A stretch of DNA of 64,000 nt from a bacterium (GTDB lineage: Bacteria; Fidelibacterota; Fidelibacteria; Fidelibacterales; Fidelibacteraceae): assembly GCA_963676395.1 (NCBI GenBank), contig OY781066.1, positions 1,152,001 through 1,216,000 on the forward strand, given 5' to 3'. The notes beneath the pieces were generated by a model, which ran no database searches, had not been told where the DNA came from, and saw only the letters and a program-made list of their open reading frames with translations. Positions 10,282-20,247 of this stretch are shown one piece after another. Position 1 is the stretch's first letter. The number at the start of each line of letters is the position of its first letter. Position numbers and translations under genes: made by a program.

Positions 10282-10854
10282 TTAGAGCATCTTCAATATT
10301 TCATTTTTGTACTTTTCATACTCATATGAGCTAATCATCCCACGTCTGCGCAATCTGTGAAGATCAGCGATTTGCTCGACGATGTCCTCTATATGATCTT
10401 CGGCGTAGTCTCGGGGGTACATCTTGCCAACCATTTCACGAAGCTCTTGACTGACATAATAGTACTCTTTTTTATCGATCATACCTCGCTCATAGTATCT
10501 TTCCAGCCTATCTATTAGTGGCTCAATGTCGTGTCGCCTGATTACTTCTAAATTATTGTAACGATAGTGACGATGGTTATCACAAGAATTATAGCGATCA
10601 TATTTATCATGTCGATCATAATAATCATTATATGAACGACGTTTACTATAATTGCGATAGCCATAGTAACGATCATATGGATCGACATCAAAACGTAGAA
10701 CAAATTTTGGGGTTCTGGGTTTTACAATAATTACCTTTCTTCCATTCTGCGTTTTGTAACGAACTTGTCCATGGTGATCAATACGATATCCGGGGTTAGC
10801 GAGAAGAATACCCGTCATCAGCATCAGTGAAATAATTAGCAGTCTCTTTTTCAT
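10282..10854 (-). CDS. Secreted hypothetical protein, Arg/Tyr/Asp-rich, with two SHOCT-like helical repeats
   Basis: Signal peptide MKKRLLIISLMLMTGILLA; AAAGGAG RBS; repeats LIDRLERYYERGMIDKKEY and IADLHRLRRRGMISSYEYEKYKNEIL. Confidence 0.7.
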   Translation of the reverse strand: MKKRLLIISLMLMTGILLANPGYRIDHHGQVRYKTQNGRKVIIVKPRTPKFVLRFDVDPYDRYYGYRNYSKRRSYNDYYDRHDKYDRYNSCDNHRHYRYNNLEVIRRHDIEPLIDRLERYYERGMIDKKEYYYVSQELREMVGKMYPRDYAEDHIEDIVEQIADLHRLRRRGMISSYEYEKYKNEILKML

Positions 10855-10977
10855 GGTATCTCCTTTCTATCTTGTTTCTTCTTCTATTATTAAGACACGT
10901 AAAAAGAGAAAAAAGGTTAAGAATAAAATAAAATTTATCATTATTGTGCTTTGAGATTATTTTTATATATTATCCTC

Positions 10978-11066
10978 GGAGAGATGGCAGAGTCTGGTCG
11001 AATGCGCCGCACTCGAAATGCGGTGTCCGCGTAAGTGGACCGGGGGTTCGAATCCCTTTCTCTCCG
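10978..11066 (+). tRNA. tRNA-Ser (anticodon CGA), CCA not encoded
   Basis: Acceptor stem GGAGAGA/TCTCTCC, discriminator G, anticodon arm CCGCA-CTCGAAA-TGCGG, long variable arm, GGTTCGAATCC T-arm. Confidence 0.96.
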
Positions 11067-11075
11067 CACTGGAAT

Positions 11076-11103
11076 AAAGCCCGTTAAACATTAACGGGTT
11101 TTT
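11076..11103. terminator. Bidirectional intrinsic terminator between tRNA-Ser and the DUF523/DUF1722 gene
   Basis: AAAGCCCGTTAA-ACA-TTAACGGGTTTTT. Confidence 0.75.
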
Positions 11104-11106
11104 GTT

Positions 11107-12048
11107 TTATACATGATTTCTCAATTTTAATTCATCCGGATGAGGGTGCAAATACCATTGTTTTAACAGATAGGATTCCTGGTATTTTCGCACATAATGT
11201 TGCAATAAAACGATGGGAACGATCAGGGGCACTAAATTATCATAATATCTATTAAACACTTCAAGCAGTTCACTTTTTTCATCGCTACTAAGTTGTTTCT
11301 TGAAATAACCCATAATATGTTGAAGAACGTTGGTATGTTTTTTCACCGAAGTCTTTAAATTTAGAATCTTTAGCAAAACCGGCTCATATAATTCAAAGTC
11401 TTTATTCAGCTTTGACCTTTGTGCCGCCGCCACGATCTTTCCCAATTCTTTTAACAGAGCGGGTGAGTGAGCCATAAACAAATATTTATGAGTAGCATGA
11501 AATTCAATAAAGCCTGAAATACTTCCATCGTTTTCACGAAATTCCAGCCAACGATCATAAACATAGATCTTTTCAATAAAATTTTCTCGTATTCCGGCAT
11601 CGTGCAACCGACCTTCATCCTCAATAGGAATATTCGGAAAACGCTTCATAAATTCCCTGGCGAATATCCCGGCTCCTCGATGAGAGGGCATCCCGGTTTC
11701 GGTGTAGATTTTTACTCCCCGCATTCCGGAGGTAGGTGATTTCGTTTTAAAAATAAAACCTCTCAGATTTTCTTTTTCAAGCTCATCCAATTTTTCATAA
11801 GTAAAATCAAGTATTTGATCTGTTTTATCCACAAAAGTTTTATTGGTAAATAATCTGGCGCTTTCGGTATCTTTTCCCACCAATCTCATTGCTTCTCGTG
11901 GTATACCCAAACCACATTCCGTTTCGGGACAAACGGGCACCCAGTCTACAAAAGAACCCAGCTCGTCTCTTAAAAAACGATCAAGTTTATGTTGTCCATC
12001 ATAACGTACTTTATCACCAAGTAAGCAGGTACTGATGCCAAGCTTCAT
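11107..12048 (-). CDS. DUF523 (2-thiouracil desulfurase-like) plus DUF1722 (YbgA) fusion protein
   Basis: ISTCLLG, VRYDG, VCPE, GLGIPRE, EDEGRL, RENF, HxxHKY, NVLQHIMGYFK, YLHPHP. Confidence 0.88.
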   Translation of the reverse strand: MKLGISTCLLGDKVRYDGQHKLDRFLRDELGSFVDWVPVCPETECGLGIPREAMRLVGKDTESARLFTNKTFVDKTDQILDFTYEKLDELEKENLRGFIFKTKSPTSGMRGVKIYTETGMPSHRGAGIFAREFMKRFPNIPIEDEGRLHDAGIRENFIEKIYVYDRWLEFRENDGSISGFIEFHATHKYLFMAHSPALLKELGKIVAAAQRSKLNKDFELYEPVLLKILNLKTSVKKHTNVLQHIMGYFKKQLSSDEKSELLEVFNRYYDNLVPLIVPIVLLQHYVRKYQESYLLKQWYLHPHPDELKLRNHV

Positions 12049-12268
12049 AACAACTCCTGAATATTTATTGTTTGTACATTATTATACGCAATAAAATCTC
12101 AATATAACAGAAAAAGGCAGGATCGTCGTTTTAGCTTCAGCGAAAAGAATTGTTGATTATTTTTTTCTCTTCTCGACGGCAAATTATCTATCACTGATAT
12201 TTCTTCCAGGATATTTTGCATATACCTTAATTTTTAGTATATTTATTAAAACATAATGGAGGTAATAT

Positions 12269-12775
12269 ATGATTAATAAAAAGCTGGAAGGTCAAATCAA
12301 CCACCAGATCAATCGAGAACTATATTCACAAAATCTATACTTAGCCATGGCAGCTTACCTTGAAGATAAAGGCTTATCAGGCATGGCAAATTTCATGTAT
12401 GTTCAGGCGGAAGAAGAACGCTTTCATGCCATGAAACTATTTAAATATCTAATTGAGCGCGGTGGCCGAGTTATTATGGAAGCCCATGAGCAACCTCCCG
12501 TAGAATTCGAGTCTCCCTTGGCTGTTTTTGAAGAAGGTTTACAACACGAAGGTCTTGTAACGTCCTTAGTCAACAAACTGATGGATGTGGCTATCGAAGT
12601 TAACGATCATGCTGCCAAAAGCTTTTTAAATTGGTATGTTGATGAACAAGTTGAAGAAGAAGCAACTTTTCAGGGACTTCTTGATCAATTGAAATTAATA
12701 GACGGTAAAGGTCACGGTATGTTAATGCTTGATAAAGAATTGGCAACACATACATTTACCGCCCCTGCAGAATAA
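12269..12775 (+). CDS. ftnA: Non-heme ferritin
   Basis: QINRELYS, EEERFHAMK, HEGLVT, FLNWYVDEQVEEE ferroxidase ligands. Confidence 0.93.
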   Translation: MINKKLEGQINHQINRELYSQNLYLAMAAYLEDKGLSGMANFMYVQAEEERFHAMKLFKYLIERGGRVIMEAHEQPPVEFESPLAVFEEGLQHEGLVTSLVNKLMDVAIEVNDHAAKSFLNWYVDEQVEEEATFQGLLDQLKLIDGKGHGMLMLDKELATHTFTAPAE

Positions 12776-12793
12776 TTAATAAAGAGGTGAAAT

Positions 12794-13174
12794 ATGACAA
12801 AACTAAGAGAAATCTACTATTGCTCAGTATGCGGCAATGTCATTGAAGTTTTCAATGAAGGCGCATCAGCCTTGGTTTGCTGCAATCAGAAAATGCAGAA
12901 ACTTGAAGCCAAAACCGAAGATTCAGCGGTTGAAAAACATGTTCCTTTTGTGGAAGAAGTTGAAGACGGAGTTATTGTTCGTGTTGGCGAAAACACAGCT
13001 CATCCAATGAATGAAGATCATCATATCAAATTCATTGAAGTCCATACAAAAGATATGGTTCTCAAAGCCGAGCTCGACCCCGAAGGTAAACCGGAAGCAA
13101 AATTCCCGGTAAAAAAAGCTGACATTGTAAAAGTTCGCGAATGGTGTAACCTCCACGGTCTGTGGGAAGCGTAA
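12794..13174 (+). CDS. dfx: Desulfoferrodoxin (2Fe superoxide reductase)
   Basis: Centre I CSVCGN...VCC; centre II EKH, HPM..DHHI, CNLHGLW. Confidence 0.94.
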   Translation: MTKLREIYYCSVCGNVIEVFNEGASALVCCNQKMQKLEAKTEDSAVEKHVPFVEEVEDGVIVRVGENTAHPMNEDHHIKFIEVHTKDMVLKAELDPEGKPEAKFPVKKADIVKVREWCNLHGLWEA

Positions 13175-13184
13175 GGAGAAAATA

Positions 13185-13769
13185 ATGGATTTTAAAAACA
13201 GTAAAACCTGTGAAAACTTAATGAAAGCCTTTGCCGGCGAAAGTCAGGCACGTAACCGTTATACATATTATGCTTCAGTAGCAAAAAAAGAAGGGTATCT
13301 GCAAATAGCAGAAATTTTCACCGAAACCGCAGATAACGAAAAAGAACATGCAAAGTTGTTCTACAAACAACTTCTGGCAAACGGCATGAATGAAAGTGTC
13401 ATTGAGATCACAGCCGGCTATCCTGTTGGTTATGAGGACACAATTAAAAACCTTGAATACGCAGCTGATGGCGAAAAAGAAGAATGGGAAGAACTATATC
13501 CCATGTTTGCCGATATTGCCGAAGAAGAAGGTTATCCCGAAGTTGCTCGCGTTTTTCGCGGCGTTGCCGAAGTGGAGGTTCGTCACGAAAACAGATACCG
13601 CAAGCTTCTTGCAAATGTCAAAGATCATAAAGTCTTTAAAAAAGACGGTAAGGTTCTTTGGATCTGTAAAAACTGCGGACATATCGTTGAAGATATTGAA
13701 GCTCCCGAAATATGCCCTGTGTGCGCACATGGCCAAAAATACTTTGAACTTTGGACAGAGAACTATTAA
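13185..13769 (+). CDS. rbr: Rubrerythrin
   Basis: [26 protein letters not shown], rubredoxin-like CKNCG/CPVC. Confidence 0.95.
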   Translation: MDFKNSKTCENLMKAFAGESQARNRYTYYASVAKKEGYLQIAEIFTETADNEKEHAKLFYKQLLANGMNESVIEITAGYPVGYEDTIKNLEYAADGEKEEWEELYPMFADIAEEEGYPEVARVFRGVAEVEVRHENRYRKLLANVKDHKVFKKDGKVLWICKNCGHIVEDIEAPEICPVCAHGQKYFELWTENY

Positions 13770-13799
13770 ACATTTGGTTATTGTACAAAGATGAGTTAT

Positions 13800-13832
13800 G
13801 TAAGGAACGGCAGTGACCGTTCCTTACTTTTT
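13800..13832 (+). terminator. Intrinsic terminator of ftnA-dfx-rbr
   Basis: GTAAGGAACGG-CAGTGA-CCGTTCCTTAC followed by TTTTT. Confidence 0.85.
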
Positions 13833-13900
13833 CTTTTGCTTTTTCCTCATATAAATTTTCAATTTTGCACTTCATTTCTAAGGCTTTCAACTTCTCTCGA

Positions 13901-13928
13901 CTTTTGCCTTTTATCTTTTGCCTTTTGC
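13901..13928. repeat. Tandem heptamer CTTTTGC x4 (one variant copy)
   Basis: CTTTTGC CTTTTAT CTTTTGC CTTTTGC; the same unit recurs at 24288-24308. Confidence 0.75.
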
Positions 13929-13986
13929 CTTAGTATTTATGTATATTACTTGGCTTATTTAGTTTATTTATAGGAGATTGTAAAAA

Positions 13987-15801
13987 ATGGGAATTATGGA
14001 TAAAATGCGCGAGCGTATGGGAGTGATCATGATCATCCTTGTCGCAGCTTTTGTTATAACCATTGTATTTAACTGGGGCGCCGGTGGCTTTGATACCTTT
14101 GCAAAACAAGGTGATGTTGTTGGTGTTGTAAATGGCGAAAAAATCACCATTCAGGAGTTTTATAAAAACTACAACAATGCCTTAGAACAATATCGTAACG
14201 CAGGTGTCACTGTAGATGCACGCACGTCAGAAGCTCTTCTTCAGCAAACATGGGAAACTGTTGTTTCTCAAACACTTTGGAATCAGGAAATCAAAAAACT
14301 TAACATCACGATTTCTGATGAAGAACTATATCATTATTTGGAATCAAATCCCCCTGAATTCCTAATGAATCAGGAAGCTTTCTTGACTGATGGTGTTTTT
14401 GATTACAGCAAGTACATTAACATTCTTAGAAATCCTCAAGGTAATGAGTGGATTGAGATCGAAAGATACTTACGTGACAATGTGCTACCATATCAGAAAT
14501 TAAACGATATGATCGTTTCTTCTGTTGTTGTTGATGAAAGTGACATTCTTCAAAAATATTCCGATCAATCATTATTATATACGGTTAACTGTTTAGCAGC
14601 TCCAGTACACATGATCGAAGATTCACTTGTTGAACTATACGATGAAGATGTGATTGAAAATTATGAAGCAAATAAAGACGAACTATACAAAAGCGATGAA
14701 GAACGTTACATTCGCGTTGTGTATTGGATGAAGGTTCCTTCTTCAGATGATACCGCTGCAGTTCTATTTGACCTTAACGATATTGTGCTCCGTCATGAAG
14801 AAGGTGAAGATTTTGATGAACTGGCTACTATTTTTTCAGAGTCATTCGAAGAAGGTTTAGCCGGAGATCTTGGTTGGTTTACAAAAGAAGATCTTCGCAA
14901 GGAATATCAGGAACCTGTATTTGCGGCCAAAGCCGGAAATGTTCTTGAACCGATTTTGATTGGTGATGAATACCATCTCATCAAAGTTACAGATACTCGC
15001 AAAGAAAAAGGTATTAAAGAGGTAAAGATCTCATTAATAACAAGAAAAATCGACCCACTTAACACTTATGACTACTTTGCTACGGAAGCTGAAGCCTTTG
15101 TTTTAGATTATGAAAGCTATGGCTTCGATAAAGCCCTTGATAATGTAGATGCTAAACTTGATACGATCAAAGGTGGTTTCAGTAAAGAATTTCCTTATTT
15201 TGCCACACTGGGTTACTTCCCCTCATTGGCAAAATGGATTTACCGTTCAGAAACAGGTGAATTGAGTCCTGTTTTCGAAAGCGAAACTGCAATTGTTGTT
15301 GCCCAACTTATTGATATTATCCCCGAAGCATACATGCCTTTAGAGGAAGTTAGAGAATCGGTTGAACGAGCTGTTCTAAGCGAGCTTAAAGCGGAAAAAG
15401 CCTTTGAAGTCCTTGAAGATGCTTACAACACTTTCAAAACAAAGGGAACCGATCTGGAAACATTGGCAGATAACAACGAACTTTTGGAATACACTGAAAT
15501 TTCTTCCAGTATTGATGAATTACCCTATCCCTATGGTTCATCTCCCGTCTTTGCTGATGTATTGCGTAATTTAACCATTTCTTCAACTTCACGTCCTTTT
15601 GAAACAGGTCGTTATGGGGCAGCTTTTATTGAATTAAAAGGACGCACAGCGATTGATGAAGAATTGTATAATCAAAAACATGATGAAATACAGAAAGCTC
15701 TGCTAGAAGAAAAACAACAGGAAGCTTACCAAGCTTGGATGGATGCTCTTCGTGAAAAAGCTGACATCAAAGATAATCGTGTTGATTTTGGATTGAATTA
15801 A
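13987..15801 (+). CDS. PpiD-like membrane-anchored periplasmic chaperone / parvulin PPIase
   Basis: N-terminal TM helix, VGVVNGEKIT SurA-N start, FDELATIFSE..AGDLGWF..YHLIKV rotamase domain. Confidence 0.82.
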   Translation: MGIMDKMRERMGVIMIILVAAFVITIVFNWGAGGFDTFAKQGDVVGVVNGEKITIQEFYKNYNNALEQYRNAGVTVDARTSEALLQQTWETVVSQTLWNQEIKKLNITISDEELYHYLESNPPEFLMNQEAFLTDGVFDYSKYINILRNPQGNEWIEIERYLRDNVLPYQKLNDMIVSSVVVDESDILQKYSDQSLLYTVNCLAAPVHMIEDSLVELYDEDVIENYEANKDELYKSDEERYIRVVYWMKVPSSDDTAAVLFDLNDIVLRHEEGEDFDELATIFSESFEEGLAGDLGWFTKEDLRKEYQEPVFAAKAGNVLEPILIGDEYHLIKVTDTRKEKGIKEVKISLITRKIDPLNTYDYFATEAEAFVLDYESYGFDKALDNVDAKLDTIKGGFSKEFPYFATLGYFPSLAKWIYRSETGELSPVFESETAIVVAQLIDIIPEAYMPLEEVRESVERAVLSELKAEKAFEVLEDAYNTFKTKGTDLETLADNNELLEYTEISSSIDELPYPYGSSPVFADVLRNLTISSTSRPFETGRYGAAFIELKGRTAIDEELYNQKHDEIQKALLEEKQQEAYQAWMDALREKADIKDNRVDFGLN

Positions 15802-15820
15802 TCTAATTAGAAATACTTTT

Positions 15821-15852
15821 AAAAAGCCTCGATGCATATCGGGGCTTTTTTT
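15821..15852 (+). terminator. Intrinsic terminator of the ppiD-like gene
   Basis: AAAAAGCCTCGAT-GCAT-ATCGGGGCTTTTTT. Confidence 0.8.
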
Positions 15853-15879
15853 GTATACCTGTCATTTAAAACTTTTTCT

Positions 15880-15911
15880 AAAAAAAAAGAGACGCAAATT
15901 TTGCGTCTCTT
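15880..15911 (-). terminator. Intrinsic terminator of the radical SAM-rng operon
   Basis: AAGAGACGCAA-ATTT-TTGCGTCTCTT preceded by an A-run (T-run on the minus strand). Confidence 0.8.
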
Positions 15912-15934
15912 ATATCTGCATCTAACTTTATGCA

Positions 15935-17425
15935 TTAATACATATTCGTAACATCCTGCTTATCTTTTCTTCTTAGAAAACGAAAAGATCCAACACCTAA
16001 TGATTCTTCTTTTATTATATCAATCTTAATACCATATTTAAACTGTGTTTTCCGCAGAACCTTTTTATTCTCTCTGATAAAATCATAAAGAAAAGGGTGA
16101 ACCTGTAATTCTACGCGACGTTCTTTTGTGTGCTGTCTAAAATTACGCACCCAACTGTCGATCTTTGTGATCATGCTTTCTTTACTGGGAATACGTCCAT
16201 AACCATGACACATTGGGCATTCATCTGAAAGTGAGAACATAATCGATAAGCGTATTCTTTCGCGCGTCATTTCAAGCAAACCATATCTTGAAAGATCACT
16301 CACACTCACAGAGGCCCTGTCTTTAGCTAACTCATCTTTAAATGTTTTTACAAGAATCTTTTTATTCTCAGGGATCTGCATATCAATAAAATCAATTACG
16401 ATCAAGCCGCTGATATCTCTTAAGCGCAATTGTCTGGCAATCTCTATGGCAGCCTCAAGATTCACTTTTAAGATGTTCTTTTCCTGATCTTTTTGACCTA
16501 TATATCGTCCACTATTAACATCGATCACGAACATTGCTTCTGTATGGTCAATGATCAAATGTCCACCACTTTTTAACCAAACTTTTCGCCTTAATAATTT
16601 ATCGGTTTCATCTGTGATACCATGTGCTGAGAACAGAGAACCTTCTTTATGAAAAAATATTCTTTCAAATAATTCCGGTGCCACATCTTTTACATAATTT
16701 TGAATGGCTCTAAATTTTCTTCGATTATCAACAATGACCGATTCAACTTCTTTGGTAAACATATCTCGAATAACAGATGATGTCATCGAATCGTTTTCGT
16801 AAACACGAATTGGATCTTTACCATCGGCTTTTACAGCACTTACAATTTGATCCCAGGCATTTGTTAATTGTTTAATATCACTTTTGATATCTTTTTCTTT
16901 TTTACCATCAGCAACGGTTCTGATAATAATACCAAAGCCCTTGGGCTTTATCGCCTTAGCAATCTCTTTTAATTTTGCGCGATGCTTATAATTCTTGATC
17001 TTTTTGGAGATTCCAATCACATCATGAAAGGGAGTTAATACGGCAAACCGACCCGGTATGGCAATATCTGTCGTTAAGCGTGGACCTTTGTTTGCGTAAG
17101 CATCCTTCACAACCTGCACCAAAATGCTTTGCCCTTTTTTTAGATCCTTTGCGGAATTGAATGTACGTGGAACCAGACTACCATTTTCAAAAGTGATATA
17201 ATCATTGATCTCCGAAAAGCCAAGAAAACCATTTTGATCTGTTCCCATGTCCATAAAACAGGCATGTATACCCGCTTGAACGTTTTCTACTTTTGCCAAG
17301 TATACATTCCCCACTGTTGAGACATCTTCAGGGGTTTCTATATAAAACTCGACAAGTTGCTTGTCTTCCATAATCGCAATTCTGGATTCCAGAGGCGTTT
17401 CACTGATATAAATATTTCGTTTCAT
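15935..17425 (-). CDS. rng: Ribonuclease E/G family (RNase G-sized)
   Basis: GNVYLAKV S1 domain, KGPRLTT, IIIRT, IDVNSG, IARQLRLRD, IDFIDM, CPMCHGYG Zn-link. Confidence 0.93.
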   Translation of the reverse strand: MKRNIYISETPLESRIAIMEDKQLVEFYIETPEDVSTVGNVYLAKVENVQAGIHACFMDMGTDQNGFLGFSEINDYITFENGSLVPRTFNSAKDLKKGQSILVQVVKDAYANKGPRLTTDIAIPGRFAVLTPFHDVIGISKKIKNYKHRAKLKEIAKAIKPKGFGIIIRTVADGKKEKDIKSDIKQLTNAWDQIVSAVKADGKDPIRVYENDSMTSSVIRDMFTKEVESVIVDNRRKFRAIQNYVKDVAPELFERIFFHKEGSLFSAHGITDETDKLLRRKVWLKSGGHLIIDHTEAMFVIDVNSGRYIGQKDQEKNILKVNLEAAIEIARQLRLRDISGLIVIDFIDMQIPENKKILVKTFKDELAKDRASVSVSDLSRYGLLEMTRERIRLSIMFSLSDECPMCHGYGRIPSKESMITKIDSWVRNFRQHTKERRVELQVHPFLYDFIRENKKVLRKTQFKYGIKIDIIKEESLGVGSFRFLRRKDKQDVTNMY

Positions 17426-17426
17426 T

Positions 17427-19901
17427 TTAATCCTTTATGAGGGCGTATTTTCGCTCGCCTATAAAATACGGGATATTTTCGCCAAAAGCCAGTTTTAGAA
17501 ATTCATCGGGCCTACCGGTTTGAGAATTAATTACTTTATAGCAAACACTTAATTCATTATTAGCATACTCGCACGTACGAATAAAAGGACGAAGATCTAT
17601 AGTCTTAGTACCCTTCTTCTTGTTCTTACGTTCTAATATGATACTGTCACTTTGATTGATCTCTTCAATTCTTGCAAGAAGTCTGCCCTCGTCAATTTCT
17701 TCCAAAAATTTAAAAGCATATTTCAGCTCTGTTGTTTTTTCCATGATCGATGAACGTTTTCCTGAAACAAGATCTGCACCTAATACCTTAATCCCTTCGG
17801 GAAAGATCATATTTAACTTATTCACAGGATCTGTAACTTTGGCATTCAAAACTATATCGATTGTTTCTGCTCCGGCATCATATCCCATGGGAATTGGATA
17901 ACCGGCTGCAATTCTTGGACGACGATTATATCCTTGAGTAAACCGAAATGGCCAACGTAATATATTGCATACACGATAGATCAATCTAAGAAAATCATGA
18001 TGAGCAATGTATCGCATCATCCCTCTTTTCTCCAAAGTTAATCTCAAGGTAAAATAGTCAACCGGATGATCATCGCTTTTTATTTGTTTCTCTACCGCTT
18101 TTTTAATTTTGCTTTCTTCGGCAATTAAAGTCTTTAATTCTGAATTGCATAAACCACAAATCGAGCATTGATCGCGACAATCTGTCGTCGTCTCTGCTCG
18201 CTCTGCCCGCTCCATTTCGGCTCTTAAATAATCTTCCTCAACACCGGTATGAATAAATGACCAAGGCAAGGGTTTAAAGCGATCTTTCTTATCGATCAAA
18301 GCCATAACATCATGCTCACTTTCAGCAATGGCTTTATCCCAAATATCTTGTTTAAAATGTTCTGACCAAGCATCGAATTTAGCGCCATTCTTCCAGGCAT
18401 TGTAAAGGACTTCACCGGTAGACCGATCACCCCGAGACATTATACTTTCGTAGATCGAAAAAGCCGGATCTCTGTGCATTAGTTTTAAACCGGGATATTT
18501 TAATTGATTCCTGATAAAATATATTCTGCGTTCCAATTCTTCGGGTTCAATATGAGCTTCCCATTGAAAAGGTGTATGCGCTTTAGGAATAAAACTGGAA
18601 AGCGTAACATTAATATTTGTATGAGGATACGATTTCGCATGACCATAAATCTTTTTAACCAGATCAACCACACCTTGCAAATCTTCATCCGTTTCGGTCG
18701 GAAGACCAACCATAAAATAAAATTTCAAGGTCTTAAAGCCATTCTCAAGCACCAGGTCAACAGATGAAAAAATATCTTCTTCAGAAATATTTTTATTGAT
18801 CACATCTCTTAATCTTTGGGTTCCAGCCTCAGGAGCAAACGTAAGCCCAGATCGTTTTCTTCCCCCGGCTGCCTCTAAGATCTTCATATTAAAACTATCA
18901 AGGCGCATTGAAGGAAATGATATGGCCACATTATCTTCATCGCATGCGGGAGAAATACCATCAACCAGACTTTCCAACTGACTGTAGTCTGATGTTGAAA
19001 GACTTAACAATGACATTTCTTCATAACCGGTGTTTTTTAAAGTTGCTTTCGTTTGCTCTATTAGATCATCTACTTCACGTTCTCTAACGGGGAGATAAAT
19101 TATACCGGCATGACAAAAACGACAACCGGCACCACAACCACGTTGGATCTCTAAAGCAAATCGATCCTGAGCAACCTCCAATAATGGAATAATAGGTTTA
19201 TGACTATAATTGTCCTTGTATAAAGAGCCAACTTTGGCAGCTTGCAACTTGCCGTCTTTCTCTTCGTTATATACAGCCGGCACATATACACCTTTATCCG
19301 GCAATGAACAGGCTTTTAATATGGTTTCTCTATCTGATCCTTTTTCTCTATGTTCTTTAATGATCTTTGCAATCTTCAGTGTTACTTCTTCACCATCTCC
19401 GATTACAAACATGTCAATAAAATCAGCTAGCGGTTCAGGATTAAATGCACAAGACCCTCCGGCAATTGTAAAAGGATCATCATCTCGTCTATCACTGTTT
19501 CTTATCGGTATGCCTGAAAGATCCATGATATTTAAAATATTTGAATAGATCATTTCGTATTGGAGCGTAAAGCCAACAAGATCAAATTCCTTAAGTGCAT
19601 GTTTAGATTCCAATGAAAACATGGGAATATTTTCATTGCGAAGCAATTCCTCCATGTCTACCCAGGGGGCAAAAGCCCTTTCTGCAAGAATGCCTTCGCT
19701 TCGATTTAATATATTATACAAGATCGGATAACCAATAAAAGGCATGCCAACTTCATATGAATCCGGATACACAAGACAAACGCGCATTGGATTTTCTGAC
19801 CAATCCTTTTTCACCACATTGATCTCATTGCCGGTATATCGACCGGGCTTTTCTACCTGTGTTAGTAAGTAGGGTAGTTTTTGATTTATTCTATCAGTCA
19901 A
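17427..19901 (-). CDS. TIGR03960-type radical SAM protein fused to a TIGR03936/DUF2344-type domain
   Basis: VEKPGRY, YPDSYEVGM, RGCGAGCRFC (CxxxCxxC), TFAPEAGTQRLR, PKAHTPFQW, extra CRDQCSICGLC; C-terminal YIAHHDFLR..FTQGYNRRPR..IDLRP. Confidence 0.88.
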   Translation of the reverse strand: MTDRINQKLPYLLTQVEKPGRYTGNEINVVKKDWSENPMRVCLVYPDSYEVGMPFIGYPILYNILNRSEGILAERAFAPWVDMEELLRNENIPMFSLESKHALKEFDLVGFTLQYEMIYSNILNIMDLSGIPIRNSDRRDDDPFTIAGGSCAFNPEPLADFIDMFVIGDGEEVTLKIAKIIKEHREKGSDRETILKACSLPDKGVYVPAVYNEEKDGKLQAAKVGSLYKDNYSHKPIIPLLEVAQDRFALEIQRGCGAGCRFCHAGIIYLPVREREVDDLIEQTKATLKNTGYEEMSLLSLSTSDYSQLESLVDGISPACDEDNVAISFPSMRLDSFNMKILEAAGGRKRSGLTFAPEAGTQRLRDVINKNISEEDIFSSVDLVLENGFKTLKFYFMVGLPTETDEDLQGVVDLVKKIYGHAKSYPHTNINVTLSSFIPKAHTPFQWEAHIEPEELERRIYFIRNQLKYPGLKLMHRDPAFSIYESIMSRGDRSTGEVLYNAWKNGAKFDAWSEHFKQDIWDKAIAESEHDVMALIDKKDRFKPLPWSFIHTGVEEDYLRAEMERAERAETTTDCRDQCSICGLCNSELKTLIAEESKIKKAVEKQIKSDDHPVDYFTLRLTLEKRGMMRYIAHHDFLRLIYRVCNILRWPFRFTQGYNRRPRIAAGYPIPMGYDAGAETIDIVLNAKVTDPVNKLNMIFPEGIKVLGADLVSGKRSSIMEKTTELKYAFKFLEEIDEGRLLARIEEINQSDSIILERKNKKKGTKTIDLRPFIRTCEYANNELSVCYKVINSQTGRPDEFLKLAFGENIPYFIGERKYALIKD

Positions 19902-20247
19902 GTAGTTATCTCTTTCGCATGATCGGTTAACTCTGCTGCTTTACCGAGCATGATCTATTATTTTTCTTGGAGTGAATTACTATCAATTATCAGAATATGG
20001 ATTTGTTTTTAACCAAGCTCAAAGCACATCGGTTAATATATCTATTTGTCAAGGGATTAGCCACTGAATAATGCAAGTGTAAGAGGTAGAGCAAATGGGT
20101 AAAAGAAAGAATAATGATCTTAATAATATATTGAATGAAATATGATTATCGTCCCTCTATTCATGATAATAATTATACAAAATGATATTCATATTAATAT
20201 TATGTACTTTCTTGTTATTTTCAATCCTCATATTTCTCTTGTTTTCA

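Noticed and set aside
11825..11833. Perfect DnaA box TTATCCACA (another at 20838-20846)
   Set aside because: Isolated copies inside coding regions; expected by chance in AT-rich DNA
12233..12250. Imperfect AT palindrome TTTAGTAT-AT-TTATTAAA before ftnA as a PerR/Fur box
   Set aside because: Too degenerate to distinguish from the AT-rich background and not a clear match to a consensus I can name
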